Shown: positions 17,507 to 28,058 of the stretch, one piece after another | Position numbering within the stretch: the stretch's first letter is position 1 | Layout: every line of letters starts with the position of its first letter | Source: Terriglobales bacterium | GTDB taxonomy: Bacteria > Acidobacteriota > Terriglobia > Terriglobales > SCQP01 | Assembly (NCBI GenBank): GCA_035606395.1 | Contig: DATNFK010000007.1 | Location: forward strand, 69,751-133,750 | DNA length: 64,000 nt | Direction of reading: 5' to 3' | Notes under the pieces: generated by a model | Told to the model about the DNA's origin: nothing | The model's input: the letters and a program-made list of their open reading frames with translations, nothing else | Database searches by the model: none | Made by a program: the position numbers and the translations under genes

Positions 17507-20116
17507 ATGGGCGACTTTGGTGACGCGCGGGCATACTGGAAGACGGTGAACAGCGAACGCTATGAACGCTATTGGGAAGTAGCGCCGCCGGCGGCGCGGA
17601 AGGCGCTGGAACGCGATCCCTCGCTGCGCGATGCGCTGCGAGTGATTCTTGAGAATAGCGATTACCTAACCGAAGCGCTGGTGCAATCACCGGAGTGGCT
17701 GCTGTGGCTCGATCGGATGCGCACGAGCAGCGGCAGGGCGCGGGAGGATTGGGCGTCGGAGCTGGCGAGTTTTCTGAATGCCGAGCCTCAGGGTGATCGC
17801 GCGCGGCGGCTGACGGTTTTTCAGCGCCGCGAATATCTGCGCATTGTGTGGCGCGATCTGCGCGGCGTGGCGCCGCTCGCGGAAACGGTGGGCGATTTGT
17901 CGGCGCTGGCGGATGCCATTCTCGCGCAAGCGTATGCGTGGAATTGGAATGATCTTGCGGCGCGCTACGGTACGCCGCGCGGGGAACACGGCGCGAGCGC
18001 GGAGATGGTCATCGTAGGCCTGGGAAAGCTGGGGGGCAACGAGGTTAATTACAGTTCGGATTTGGACCTTATGTTCGTCTACAGCGTCGACGGCGAGACC
18101 GCGGGCGGAGCGGAGACGATCAGTAACAAGGAGTTCTTCATTCGGCTGGCGCAGTCGGTGGTGGCGCAGGTGGCGGATGCGTACCGCATTGATTTGCGGC
18201 TGCGTCCGGGTGGACGCGAAGGCGATTTGGCGCTGTCGCTGCGCCAGGCGGAGGACTATTACCAACAGGCGCGGGATTGGGAGTGGCAGATGCTAATTCG
18301 GGCGCGAGCCTGCGCGGGCTCGCTGGAGTTGGGGCAGCAGTTTCTCGAGGTGGTCAGCGACAAGGTGTACCCGCCGGCGCCCGACGAGGCGCTCGTGGCC
18401 GCCGGCGTCCGCACCAGCCGTGAAGGCATCGCCGCGCAGCTGGAGCGCCACCGCGCGCTGGGACGAAGGACCAGCGCCATCAACGTCAAACTGGATGCGG
18501 GAGGAATTCGCGACATCGAGTTCCTGGTACAGTTCCTGCAGCGTCTGCATGGCGGCGGCGACCGGTGGGTGCGGCAGTCGAATACGCTGCTCGCGATGCA
18601 GCGCCTGCATGATAAGCGGCGGCTATCGAGCGCTGATTTTCAACTGCTCTCATCGGCGTACGTCGTGCTGCGGCAGATTGAACACCGTCTGCAAATGCGT
18701 CGCGGACAACAGACGCATACGCTACCCGACGACGCGGCGCGATTGCAGGCACTGGCGCGCGGCTTCGACGCCGACGATGCCGATCGGTGGCTTGAAACGC
18801 TGCGCCAGCGTATGCGGCAGGTGCGCGCGTTGTATGACTCTTTCCTGGGGCGAGAAGCGCCCGCACCGCAGCCTGCGCCGGCGGCGCCCATTGTACTGAC
18901 GAAACCCGCGAGCGCCAATGAGGACGACGGCTTGCACCTGCAGCGCCAATGGCAACGGCTCCTGCGTTCGGCGGCCACGCTGCCCGAGGCCGATCGGGCG
19001 TTGCGCTCGCTGCCGCAAGCGCTCTTGCCGCGGCTCGCGTGGGCGCTGGGCACCAGCGACTGGATGGCCGAAACTCTGATTCGCCGGCCGGAGCTGGCTG
19101 CCGTGTGGGCGCGGGAGGAGGAACTTGAGCCGGGCGCCAGTCTGCGCTTGCGGCACTTGCTGCGCCTGTTGCGGTTGCTGGATGAAGAGTGGCAGCAACG
19201 CTGGCCAATCGCGCGAACCCTGGCGGCGCACTCGCACGCGGCCGAGGTCGCATTGGCGGAGGCTCTGGCCGGAGCCCAGACCACGGCAGACGCGCCGTCA
19301 TTCGCGGTGCTGGCGCTGGGGCGGCTTGGCTTGGACGAATTGGATTTGCTTAGCGACCTCGATCTGGTTTTTGTCGCCGAGGAGGGTGAACTCGAAGCGG
19401 CGACCAAGCTGGCCGCCCGCTTCATCGAGGCGGTCACCGCCTATACCCGCGAGGGCAGCTTGTACGCGGTGGATACGCGATTGCGTCCGGCCGGGGGCGA
19501 GGGCGAGTTGGTGCAAACGCCGGCCAGTCTGGGGCGCCATTTCACGACGCGCGCCTCGGAGTGGGAGGCATGCAGCTATCTCAAAGCGCGCCATGTCGCC
19601 GGCGCTACGGCGACAGCCGGCGCGGCGCTGGGAAGAGTGGGCCAGGCGTTGGCCGAGCGCTTCTCAGGAGAACAAATCGCGCGCGAGGCGCTGCAGGCGC
19701 TACGGAACCGGATTGAACGCGAGGGGCACCCGGGGCGCTGGGGCCTCAAGACCGCTCCGGGCGGCTACTATGATGTTGATTTCATCGTGTCGCGACATAG
19801 ATTGGCGGCGGGCGAGGGCGCCACAGTGGGCTTGGCCGTCACATCGCTGGGGGCACAGGCGCGGTGCTTGGAGGACCTGCCGGCCGAAGTGGCAACGGAG
19901 TTGGGGGAAGCGGTCGAGTTGTTGCGCGCCTGCGATCATGCGCTGCGCGTGGCGACGGGGAAGGCGGGCGGCGCCATCCCGGCGGCGGGAGCGGCGGTTG
20001 CGCGGGCGGAGGGCTGGCTGCGCGGCATCTGGCCCGGGACGTTAGCGCAGGACCTGACCGAGACGGTGGAGAAAACCCGCGCTCGTATTCGGGAAATATA
20101 TACGCAATGGCTGTAG
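17507..20116 (+). CDS. glnE: Bifunctional glutamine synthetase adenylyltransferase/adenylyl-removing enzyme
   Basis: Two nucleotidyltransferase repeats (GLGKLGGNEVNYSSDLDLMFV and LGRLGLDELDLLSDLDLVFV), each followed by a GlnE helical domain. I prefer the ATG at 17507 (MGDFGDARAYW). Confidence 0.9.
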   Translation: MGDFGDARAYWKTVNSERYERYWEVAPPAARKALERDPSLRDALRVILENSDYLTEALVQSPEWLLWLDRMRTSSGRAREDWASELASFLNAEPQGDRARRLTVFQRREYLRIVWRDLRGVAPLAETVGDLSALADAILAQAYAWNWNDLAARYGTPRGEHGASAEMVIVGLGKLGGNEVNYSSDLDLMFVYSVDGETAGGAETISNKEFFIRLAQSVVAQVADAYRIDLRLRPGGREGDLALSLRQAEDYYQQARDWEWQMLIRARACAGSLELGQQFLEVVSDKVYPPAPDEALVAAGVRTSREGIAAQLERHRALGRRTSAINVKLDAGGIRDIEFLVQFLQRLHGGGDRWVRQSNTLLAMQRLHDKRRLSSADFQLLSSAYVVLRQIEHRLQMRRGQQTHTLPDDAARLQALARGFDADDADRWLETLRQRMRQVRALYDSFLGREAPAPQPAPAAPIVLTKPASANEDDGLHLQRQWQRLLRSAATLPEADRALRSLPQALLPRLAWALGTSDWMAETLIRRPELAAVWAREEELEPGASLRLRHLLRLLRLLDEEWQQRWPIARTLAAHSHAAEVALAEALAGAQTTADAPSFAVLALGRLGLDELDLLSDLDLVFVAEEGELEAATKLAARFIEAVTAYTREGSLYAVDTRLRPAGGEGELVQTPASLGRHFTTRASEWEACSYLKARHVAGATATAGAALGRVGQALAERFSGEQIAREALQALRNRIEREGHPGRWGLKTAPGGYYDVDFIVSRHRLAAGEGATVGLAVTSLGAQARCLEDLPAEVATELGEAVELLRACDHALRVATGKAGGAIPAAGAAVARAEGWLRGIWPGTLAQDLTETVEKTRARIREIYTQWL

Positions 20117-20131
20117 CCACATAATAGTTGG

Positions 20132-20320
20132 ATGCGAGGGAACGCGGTTTTTCCGTTACTATATTGGTTTGGGTTGCTGGTCGCGCTGACCGGCATCGCC
20201 CTTCGGTACTGGACGACCTGGCCGCACCTGGGCTCGGCGCTGGCGCTGGTGGGAGTTGCCGTGTTGATTCTGGCGCGGGTGGCGACGCGACATCAGGCGA
20301 GGAAATATCCAAGGAGATAA
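20132..20320 (+). CDS. Possible small membrane protein (62 aa, two predicted TM helices)
   Basis: Sequence MRGNAVFPLLYWFGLLVALTGIALRYWTTWPHLGSALALVGVAVLILARVATRHQARKYPRR. I counted third-position G+C at about 73%. Its TAA abuts the icd ATG. No homology was recognised. Confidence 0.4.
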   Translation: MRGNAVFPLLYWFGLLVALTGIALRYWTTWPHLGSALALVGVAVLILARVATRHQARKYPRR

Positions 20321-21577
20321 ATGCGAACCTACAATGGCATGGCGGTTCCCGCCGGCGACGTAATCCAGGCCCGCGACGGGCGCTTTATTGTTCCGGAACA
20401 TCCGATTATTCCCTTCATCGAAGGCGACGGCACGGGGCGCGACATCTGGAAAGCCAGCCGGCCGGTGTGGGACGCGGCGGTCGAGGCCTGCTACGGCGGA
20501 AAACGGCGCATTGCGTGGTTCGAGGTGTTTGCCGGGGAAAAGGCGTTTCAGAAGTTCGGTGAATGGCTGCCCGAGGACACGGTGCAGGCGGCGCGCGATT
20601 TTCGCTTTGCCATCAAAGGACCGCTGACCACGCCCGTGGGCGGCGGCATTCGAAGCCTAAACGTCAGCATTCGACAGAAGATGGATTTGTACGCCTGCGT
20701 ACGACCAGTAAAATACTACCCCGGCGTGCCGTCACCGGTGAAAGAGCCGGAAGCGGTGGATGTGATCATTTTCCGGGAGAACACCGAGGACGTTTATGCC
20801 GGCATTGAATTCCAGCAGGGAACGCCGGAGGCGGCGAAGCTGATTCAATTCCTGAAGCAGGAGTTTGGCAAGTCGGTGCGCACCGATTCCGGTGTCGGCA
20901 TCAAGCCCATCTCGATCACCGGCTCGAAGAGGCTGGTGCGGCAGGCGCTGCGACACGCCATCTCGCACGGACTCACCACGGTCACACTGGTGCATAAAGG
21001 CAACATCCAGAAATTCACCGAGGGGGCGTTTCGCGACTGGGGCTACGAGGTGGCGACGCAGGAATTCCGCGATCAATGCGTTACGGAAGAAGAACTGTGG
21101 CGCGCGCCGTACGAGGGTAAGCTGCCGGCGGGAAAAATTCTGATCAACGACCGGATCGCCGATTCGATGTTCCAGCAGATACTGCTGCGTCCGCGTGACT
21201 ACCAGGTGATTTGCACCACCAACCTCAACGGCGACTACCTTTCCGACGCCTGCGCGGCGCAGGTGGGCGGGCTCGGCCTGGCGCCGGGAGCGAATATTTC
21301 CGAGGAGTACGCCTTCTTTGAAGCCACCCACGGCACCGCGCCCAAGTACGCGGATCAGGACGTGATCAACCCCGGTTCGCTGATTTTGTCGGGGGTGATG
21401 ATGCTGAATGCGCTGGGCTGGAAAGAAGCCGCGAAAATGGTCGAGCACGGCGTGGGCGCGACCATTCAGCAAAAGCGAGTGACCTACGATCTGGCCCGGC
21501 TGCTGCCGGGCGCGACCAAGTTGAAAACCAGCGAGTTCTCGGCTGCGATCATCGAGAACATGAAGAAGGGACAATAG
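20321..21577 (+). CDS. icd: NADP-dependent isocitrate dehydrogenase
   Basis: 418 aa and E. coli-like. The regulatory-Ser context [13 protein letters not shown] is present, along with [14 protein letters not shown] lies 4 nt upstream of the ATG. Confidence 0.95.
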   Translation: MRTYNGMAVPAGDVIQARDGRFIVPEHPIIPFIEGDGTGRDIWKASRPVWDAAVEACYGGKRRIAWFEVFAGEKAFQKFGEWLPEDTVQAARDFRFAIKGPLTTPVGGGIRSLNVSIRQKMDLYACVRPVKYYPGVPSPVKEPEAVDVIIFRENTEDVYAGIEFQQGTPEAAKLIQFLKQEFGKSVRTDSGVGIKPISITGSKRLVRQALRHAISHGLTTVTLVHKGNIQKFTEGAFRDWGYEVATQEFRDQCVTEEELWRAPYEGKLPAGKILINDRIADSMFQQILLRPRDYQVICTTNLNGDYLSDACAAQVGGLGLAPGANISEEYAFFEATHGTAPKYADQDVINPGSLILSGVMMLNALGWKEAAKMVEHGVGATIQQKRVTYDLARLLPGATKLKTSEFSAAIIENMKKGQ

Positions 21578-21585
21578 ACACCATC

Positions 21586-22512
21586 ATGAGAAGCAAAGTC
21601 ACCGTCGTAGGCGCCGGCAATGTGGGCGCCACCACCGCACATTGGCTCGCCACGCGCGAGCTGGCCGACGTTGTTCTGGTTGACATCGCCGAGGGCGTTC
21701 CGCAGGGCAAGGCGCTCGATTTGCGCCAATCCACGCCGATCATCGGCAAGGATGTGGCGCTCACCGGCAGCAACGGCTATGAGGAAACGGCCAACTCCGA
21801 CATCGTGATCATCACCGCGGGTTTGGCGCGCAAGCCGGGCATGAGTCGCGACGACCTGCTGAAAAAGAACTACGAAGTGATGGAATCGTGTGTCACCCAG
21901 GTGGTGAAACACTCGCCGAACAGCATTCTGATACTGGTCACCAACCCGCTTGACGCCATGGCCCAGGCGGCCTACAAGCTGAGCAAATTCAGCCGCAACC
22001 GGGTGATCGGCATGGCGGGCGTGCTGGATTCGGCGCGCTTTGCCACCTTCATCGCGATGGAGTTGAATGTATCGGTTGAGAATGTCAATGCGTTCGTGCT
22101 GGGCGGCCACGGCGATACCATGGTGCCGCTGCCGCGCTATACGACGGTCGCCGGCATTCCAATCACCGAATTGATGGACGCGGCGACGATCGAGCGGCTG
22201 GTTAAGCGCACCCGCGATGGCGGGGCGGAGATCGTGGCGTTCCTCAAGACCGGCAGCGCCTATTACGCGCCGTCGGGCGCGGCGGTACAGATGGCGGAGG
22301 CGATTCTGAAAGACAAGAAGCAGATTCTGCCCTGCGCGGCGTATCTGGAGGGCGAGTACGGCATCAACGGTTTATTTGTCGGAGTACCCTGCAAACTGGG
22401 GGCGCGCGGCATCGAAGATGTAATTCAAGTACGGCTGAACGCCGATGAGCAGGCGGCGTTGCAGAAATCGGCGGAGTCGGTTCGCCAATTGGTGCAGGTG
22501 ATCGGAGTCTAA
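21586..22512 (+). CDS. mdh: Malate dehydrogenase (LDH-like type)
   Basis: [12 protein letters not shown] Rossmann motif, substrate Arg in [14 protein letters not shown], and [11 protein letters not shown]. Confidence 0.95.
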   Translation: MRSKVTVVGAGNVGATTAHWLATRELADVVLVDIAEGVPQGKALDLRQSTPIIGKDVALTGSNGYEETANSDIVIITAGLARKPGMSRDDLLKKNYEVMESCVTQVVKHSPNSILILVTNPLDAMAQAAYKLSKFSRNRVIGMAGVLDSARFATFIAMELNVSVENVNAFVLGGHGDTMVPLPRYTTVAGIPITELMDAATIERLVKRTRDGGAEIVAFLKTGSAYYAPSGAAVQMAEAILKDKKQILPCAAYLEGEYGINGLFVGVPCKLGARGIEDVIQVRLNADEQAALQKSAESVRQLVQVIGV

Positions 22513-22516
22513 ATAT

Positions 22517-23038
22517 ATGAACCCCATCGAACGTCCCAATGCCACTACCATGCGGGGCAACCCGCTCACTTTGGTCGGACCGGCGCTCAAACCGGGCGAC
22601 AAGCTGCCGGAATTCACGCTGGTCGACAATAGTCTGAAGCCGGTGACCGCGGCCGACACGGCGGGTGCGGTGCGGATTTTTAGTGTCGTGCCGTCACTGG
22701 ACACTCCGGTTTGCGATACTCAGACGCGGCGCTTCAACGAGGAAGCGGGCAAGCTGGGCGACAAGGTCAAGGTTCTGACGGTAAGCATGGACCTGCCGTT
22801 TGCGCAGAAGCGCTGGTGCGGCGCCGCCGGAGCGAGCCATGTGCAGACGCTGTCGGATTACCAGACGGGATCGTTCGGCGCGGCGATGGGAACGCTGATC
22901 AAGGAATTGCGGTTGGAGTCGCGCGCAATTTTCGTGGTCGATCAGGGCGGGACGATTCGTTATGTGGAGTACGTGCCGGAGATCGGCAATCCGCCGAACT
23001 ACGAGCGCGCGCTCGAAGCCACGCGCTCGCTGCTGTAG
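22517..23038 (+). CDS. tpx: Thiol peroxidase
   Basis: [19 protein letters not shown] peroxidatic Cys context, and [18 protein letters not shown]. Confidence 0.93.
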   Translation: MNPIERPNATTMRGNPLTLVGPALKPGDKLPEFTLVDNSLKPVTAADTAGAVRIFSVVPSLDTPVCDTQTRRFNEEAGKLGDKVKVLTVSMDLPFAQKRWCGAAGASHVQTLSDYQTGSFGAAMGTLIKELRLESRAIFVVDQGGTIRYVEYVPEIGNPPNYERALEATRSLL

Positions 23039-23047
23039 AGATGCCCG

Positions 23048-23683
23048 TTACTTCTGGGTGATCGTCACTTTGTTAAGGATGTTGGGATAGGCGGGCACGT
23101 CGGTTTGTCCCGCCTTGCGGGGGCCTTCGGAGAGAGCCTGGACCACATCCAACCCCTGCACGACCTGACCGATTACGAGGAAGCCCTCCTTGTCGAGCTC
23201 AGGCACCGCCTTAAGGGTAAAGAAGACCTGCGAGCCGCGCGAGCTTGGGTCGCCCTGTACTTGCGCCAGGGCCATGCGTCCGGGCTGATCGAAGTGGAGA
23301 TTGTTGTGTTCGACGGGCAGCGAGTAGCCCAACTTGCCGGTGCCGTTGTTGAGGGGATCGCCGGTTTGTACCATGTAGCCGGGAACGCTGCGGAAGAAGA
23401 GCAGGTTGGTGTAGAGCGGCGCCATGGAGATGCCACCGGTGGCGGGATCGCTGTAGGCCTTTTTCCCTTGAGCCAGGGCGACGAAATTGGCGACCGATTT
23501 GGGGGCGTCCTTGGGGAAGAGCTGCACAACGAACTTTCCCTTGCTGGTGTCAAACGTGGCGTAGGTCCCAGGCCCCATGGCCTGCGGAGCGGCAGCGGGT
23601 TTGGCGGCTGGTTTGGGCGCCGGCTTTTGGGCGGACAGACCGAGGCCTAAAAGGGCGACGGCGACGAGCAGATGGGTGCGCAT
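23048..23683 (-). CDS. Secreted cyclophilin-type peptidyl-prolyl isomerase
   Basis: Signal peptide MRTHLLVAVALLGLGLSAQ followed by a cyclophilin core (FFRSVPGYMVQTGDP, SRGSQVFFTL). A strong SD (AGGAGGAG) precedes the ATG. Confidence 0.9.
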   Translation of the reverse strand: MRTHLLVAVALLGLGLSAQKPAPKPAAKPAAAPQAMGPGTYATFDTSKGKFVVQLFPKDAPKSVANFVALAQGKKAYSDPATGGISMAPLYTNLLFFRSVPGYMVQTGDPLNNGTGKLGYSLPVEHNNLHFDQPGRMALAQVQGDPSSRGSQVFFTLKAVPELDKEGFLVIGQVVQGLDVVQALSEGPRKAGQTDVPAYPNILNKVTITQK

Positions 23684-23734
23684 GATTCTCCTCCTGAGAG
23701 CACAAGAGTAGCAAACTGGTCTATATTTCGCCAG

Positions 23735-24532
23735 CTAATCCAGCGGCAGGGTGTCGAGGCTATAACCTTCAGGGTTGATGCGAATCAGCAGCCGGCTGAG
23801 CGGAAAACCGGCAGCAATTTCCTTCTTCACCACAGGCTGGAGGATCTGCATGAATTCATCGTCGTGGGCGCTGAAGGTAACCAGGAAATTGCGGTTAGGG
23901 ATAGCGACGGAAAAGTCGTCGGTGTTGAGCAGGGCCATGGCGCGCTCTTCGAACTGGGGGGCGAGGATGAAGGCGGCTTTGTGGCCGTGGGTGACCTCGA
24001 CATGGAAGGCGCGGATGTTGTCCTGAATGGTCCATGCGACGACGGTGGCTTCGTTCCAGAGGCGGTCGAGATTTTCCATCGCGGCGGCGAGAACGCACTC
24101 CTCGCCGATGGACCAAGTTTCGATATCTTGTTCGGTAATCCAGTTGTCGGCGTCGCCGCTGGTGAGCACGTATCCCAATTCGCCGGCCAAAGGATAAAAG
24201 AGCGGGCGGCGATTGCGTTTGACCAAACCGGAGGTCAAAAGTTTGGGGTAAATGGTAGAGCGGGCGGTTTTCCAATCGGCGGGGACTTGGTACTCGATGG
24301 TTCCGACCACGCGGGACAAGTAGGTGTCCATATCGAAGCGCTCGCCATTTTGGCAGAAGGCGGCCCAAGCGCGTGAAAGCCGCAGGCGGTGGGCGGTGGG
24401 GTTGCCAGACGGGCTGCGAAGGATGGCAATCTCAAGCTGGCCCGCCTTGAGAAAACGCGCCTGGGGAAAAAGGCGCTGTAAGCGGAAGAGCGCGGTCGCT
24501 TCGAATTCCTCCCGGGTCATTGTCCTGATCAT
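23735..24532 (-). CDS. Hypothetical protein, possibly DUF1444-like
   Basis: 265-aa ORF with coding-like composition. A weak, by-eye resemblance to DUF1444 (…SVAIPNRNFLVTFSAHDDEF…) is the only family hint. Confidence 0.5.
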   Translation of the reverse strand: MIRTMTREEFEATALFRLQRLFPQARFLKAGQLEIAILRSPSGNPTAHRLRLSRAWAAFCQNGERFDMDTYLSRVVGTIEYQVPADWKTARSTIYPKLLTSGLVKRNRRPLFYPLAGELGYVLTSGDADNWITEQDIETWSIGEECVLAAAMENLDRLWNEATVVAWTIQDNIRAFHVEVTHGHKAAFILAPQFEERAMALLNTDDFSVAIPNRNFLVTFSAHDDEFMQILQPVVKKEIAAGFPLSRLLIRINPEGYSLDTLPLD

Positions 24533-24577
24533 ACACCCACGCTATAGTTGACTTTCAAGCGCCGGCAAACATTTTTT

Positions 24578-24967
24578 ATGCGTTGCATTTTAATTTCAAC
24601 CTTCGCCATGTTGACGTTGGCGGCGGGGCAAGCCCCAGTGCCCGCACATCCCCCGAAGGGGTCTCCAGCCCCGGCCGCGGCGCCAGCGCCGACCACGCCG
24701 ACTGGCACCACATCGGCGCCGAAAACGGCGGTGGACCCGCTGCCACCGGGACCTGCCAAGTCATTGGTATTGGACACGTGCACGGGCTGCCACGCGATCG
24801 ACCGCATTGTCAGCCGACGCATGTCGCGGGAAGGATGGCTCGGGACGGTCGACGACATGATCTCGCGCGGGGCGGACGTTTCCACCGACGATGAGACGAA
24901 GATCGTGGACTATCTAACCGCTAACTTCGGCAAGCCGAGCGGGAGCGTTCCGGTGGCTAAGCATTGA
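24578..24967 (+). CDS. Secreted protein with a single CxxCH haem c-binding motif
   Basis: Signal peptide MRCILISTFAMLTLAAG, a Pro/Ala-rich linker, then DTCTGCHAIDRIVSRRMSREGWLGTVDDMISRGA...IVDYLTANFGK. I prefer the ATG at 24578 over the TTG at 24548. Confidence 0.6.
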   Translation: MRCILISTFAMLTLAAGQAPVPAHPPKGSPAPAAAPAPTTPTGTTSAPKTAVDPLPPGPAKSLVLDTCTGCHAIDRIVSRRMSREGWLGTVDDMISRGADVSTDDETKIVDYLTANFGKPSGSVPVAKH

Positions 24968-27900
24968 CGACTTCGTGCGGCCGCGCGACGGGCAGTTTGT
25001 CCTTGTGGCCGATCCAGTGCTGGAAGCGATCCATGTAAACGTAGACGACTGGGGTGATGTAGAGGGTCAGAAACTGCGAGAAGAGCAGGCCACCGACCAC
25101 GGCCAAGCCCAGGGGACGGCGGGTTTCGGCGCCGGCGCCGGTACCGAGCGCGATGGGCAGCGTGCCAACCAGTGCGCAGAAGGTGGTCATCATGATGGGC
25201 CGGAAGCGCACCAGCGCGCCTTGATAAATGGCCTCGCGGGGGCCGGTGCCATGGCTGCGTTCGGTTTCCATGGCGAAGTCAATCATCATGATGGCGTTCT
25301 TTTTGACGATGCCGACCAACATGATGATCCCCACGATGGAGTAGATGTTCAGATCGATTTTGAAGTACCACAACGTCAACAGGGCGCCAAAACCAGCGGC
25401 GGGTAAGCCGGAGAGAATCGTCAGCGGGTGGATGAAGCTCTCGTACAAGATGCCGAGAACGATGTAAATCACCAGCAGCGCCATGATCAGCAGCAAGCCC
25501 ATGCCTTGCATGGACTGCTGGAAAATCTGGGCGCTGCCCTGGAACACAGTAGTAATCGTGGGCGGCAGCATCTGCTGCGCGGTTTGCTGGATTAGAGCCA
25601 CGGCCGGACCGAGGGCGGCGCCGAGCTGCAAGTCGAAGGAAATTGTCACGGCGGGGAATTGCCCGATGTGATTTACAGTGAGCGGGCCAAGGTCCTGGGT
25701 AAAGTTGGTGACCGCGCTAAGCGGCACCAGCGCGCCGGTGGTCGAGTGAACGTAGAGATACTGCAGCGTCGCGGGGCTAAGCTGGTATTGGGGCTCGAGT
25801 TCGGTGATGACGTAGTACTCGTCGTCAGGGGCGTAGATGAGCGAGAGTTGGCGCTGTCCGTAGGCGGTGTAGAGCGCCTGTTCGATCTGCTCGGCGGTGA
25901 CGCCGAGGCTGGAGGCTTTATCACGATCGATGACGACGTTCACCTGCGGATTTTGCAGTTGGATGTCGGTGTTGACGTCCTTCAGCATGGCGTACTGGCT
26001 GAGCTTTTGCGCGAGCAGGGGCGCGTAGTGATAGAGCTCGGCGGGATCGGTGCCCTGGAGCGCAACTTGATAGAGGCTCTTGGTGCCGTGCGCGCCCATG
26101 CGAATCGGGGGCGGGTTTTGCAGAAACACCTGCACGCCGGGTATTTTGGCCAGCTCGGGGCGGACGGCGGCAATGATTTCGTCGGCACTGCGCTTGCGAT
26201 CCTTGCGCTGTTTGAGGTGGTCGTAGACGGAACCGCTGTTGCCGGCGCCGCCGCCGGCGAACGCCATCACGGCGTTGCTTTCGGGAAGATCGTCGAATAC
26301 CTTGATGACTTCGAGCTCGTGCTGCTTCATTGCCTGCCAGGAGATACCCTGCGCCGCCTGCACCTGGGCTACGACTTCATCCATGTCTTCATTGGGGAGA
26401 AAGCCGGTCGGGGAGATGAGAAAGAGCTCGACCGTGGTGGCCAGCACGATCGCGGCCGCCAGCATGGTGAGCACCGGGTGGTGGAGTACGATCCTCAGCG
26501 TGCGGTCGTAGAAGCGGTACATCAACTGGAAGCCGTTCTCCAGGGTGTTGTACATAACCCCGTGCTTTTCCTCGTGCGTGTGCGGCTTGAGGAAGCGGCT
26601 GCACAGCATGGGGGTCAGCGTCAGCGACACAAAACCGGAAACCAGAATCGCGGCGCCGATGGTGACGGCGAACTCGTGCAGCAGGCGGCCGAGCACGCCG
26701 CCCATGAAGAGGAATGGAATGAAGACCGCCGTCAGCGACAGCGTCATCGACAAAATGGTGAAACTGATTTCCTTGGAACCATCGAGGGCGGCCGCCATGG
26801 CGCTCTTGCCCATTTCCATGTGGCGGACGATATTCTCCAGCATGACGATGGCGTCGTCCACGACGAAGCCGACCGATAGGGTGAGGGCCAGCAAGGAGAG
26901 GTTGTCGAGGCTGTAATTCAGCAGGTACATCACCGCGAACGTGCCCACGATGGTGAAGGGCAACGCCAGACTGGGGATGGCGGTGGCGGAGAAGTTCTTC
27001 AGAAACAGAAAGATGACCAGCACCACCAGGCACATGGTCAACAACAGGGTGAATTTGACGTCGTTGACCGAGGCGCGAATGGGGATGGACTTGTCGTACT
27101 CGACCTGGATTTTGATGGAGGGTGGGATCGAGCGCTTAAATTGCGGCATGAGCGCCAGGATCCGGTTCACGACCTCGATGGTGTTGGTGCCGGGCTGCTT
27201 CATGATGGTGAGCAGCACGGCGGGCGAGCCGTTGACCCAACTCTGATTCTTGTCTATCTGGACGCTATCCACCACTTCGGCCACGTCTTGCAGCCGCACC
27301 GGCGCGCCATTGTTGTAGGCGACGATCAGCGAGCGGTAGCCGGCGGCGCTGGTCAACTGTCCGGTGGCCTGCACGGTATAGGCCTTGTTGGCGCCCCAGA
27401 GCACGCCGGCGGGAAGGTTCACGTTGCCGTTTTGAATCGCGGTCTGCACCGCGTCAATGCCGACGCCGCGGGCCGCCATGGCGGAGGGATTGAGCTTGAT
27501 CCGCACGGCATACTTCTGCGCGCCCATGACGTTGACCTGGGCGACGCCGGCGACCATTGAAATCTGCTGGCCGACTACGTCCTCGGCGTAGTGATCGACG
27601 GTGGAGGCGGGCTGGGTGTCGCTGGTGAGGGCGATGTTGATGATCGAACTGTCGGCCGGGTTGACCTTCTTGAACGTGGGCGGGGTCGGCATGCCGGGCG
27701 GGAGCTGCCCGCCGGCGGCGGAGATCGCCGTCTGCACATCGCCGGCGGCGCCGTCGATGTTGCGATCGAGAGCGAACTGAAGCGAGATGGAGGTTGAGCC
27801 CTGCGAGCTGCTGGAGCTCATTTCGTCGAGGCCCGGGATGGCGGCGAATTGTTTCTCCAGCGGCGTGGCCACCGACGAGGCCATGGTCTGGGCGCTGGCG

Positions 27901-28058
27901 CCAGGCAGGCCGGCATTCACCTGAATGGTCGGAAAATCAACATTGGGCAGATCGCTCACCGGCAGCGAACGGTAGGCGGCAATGCCAAACAGCAGCAAGG
28001 CCGACATCAGCAACGCGGTGGCGATGGGGCGCTTGATGAATATGCCGGCGAGATTCAT
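24957..28058 (-). CDS. RND efflux pump inner-membrane permease (AcrB/MdtB-like, HAE1)
   Basis: 1033 aa. N-terminus FIKRPIATALLMSALLLFGIAAYRSLPVSDLPNVDFPTIQV, with a 12-TM/two-large-loop architecture. Its ATG overlaps the adaptor TGA (ATGA). Confidence 0.95.
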   Translation of the reverse strand: MNLAGIFIKRPIATALLMSALLLFGIAAYRSLPVSDLPNVDFPTIQVNAGLPGASAQTMASSVATPLEKQFAAIPGLDEMSSSSSQGSTSISLQFALDRNIDGAAGDVQTAISAAGGQLPPGMPTPPTFKKVNPADSSIINIALTSDTQPASTVDHYAEDVVGQQISMVAGVAQVNVMGAQKYAVRIKLNPSAMAARGVGIDAVQTAIQNGNVNLPAGVLWGANKAYTVQATGQLTSAAGYRSLIVAYNNGAPVRLQDVAEVVDSVQIDKNQSWVNGSPAVLLTIMKQPGTNTIEVVNRILALMPQFKRSIPPSIKIQVEYDKSIPIRASVNDVKFTLLLTMCLVVLVIFLFLKNFSATAIPSLALPFTIVGTFAVMYLLNYSLDNLSLLALTLSVGFVVDDAIVMLENIVRHMEMGKSAMAAALDGSKEISFTILSMTLSLTAVFIPFLFMGGVLGRLLHEFAVTIGAAILVSGFVSLTLTPMLCSRFLKPHTHEEKHGVMYNTLENGFQLMYRFYDRTLRIVLHHPVLTMLAAAIVLATTVELFLISPTGFLPNEDMDEVVAQVQAAQGISWQAMKQHELEVIKVFDDLPESNAVMAFAGGGAGNSGSVYDHLKQRKDRKRSADEIIAAVRPELAKIPGVQVFLQNPPPIRMGAHGTKSLYQVALQGTDPAELYHYAPLLAQKLSQYAMLKDVNTDIQLQNPQVNVVIDRDKASSLGVTAEQIEQALYTAYGQRQLSLIYAPDDEYYVITELEPQYQLSPATLQYLYVHSTTGALVPLSAVTNFTQDLGPLTVNHIGQFPAVTISFDLQLGAALGPAVALIQQTAQQMLPPTITTVFQGSAQIFQQSMQGMGLLLIMALLVIYIVLGILYESFIHPLTILSGLPAAGFGALLTLWYFKIDLNIYSIVGIIMLVGIVKKNAIMMIDFAMETERSHGTGPREAIYQGALVRFRPIMMTTFCALVGTLPIALGTGAGAETRRPLGLAVVGGLLFSQFLTLYITPVVYVYMDRFQHWIGHKDKLPVARPHEVVNA

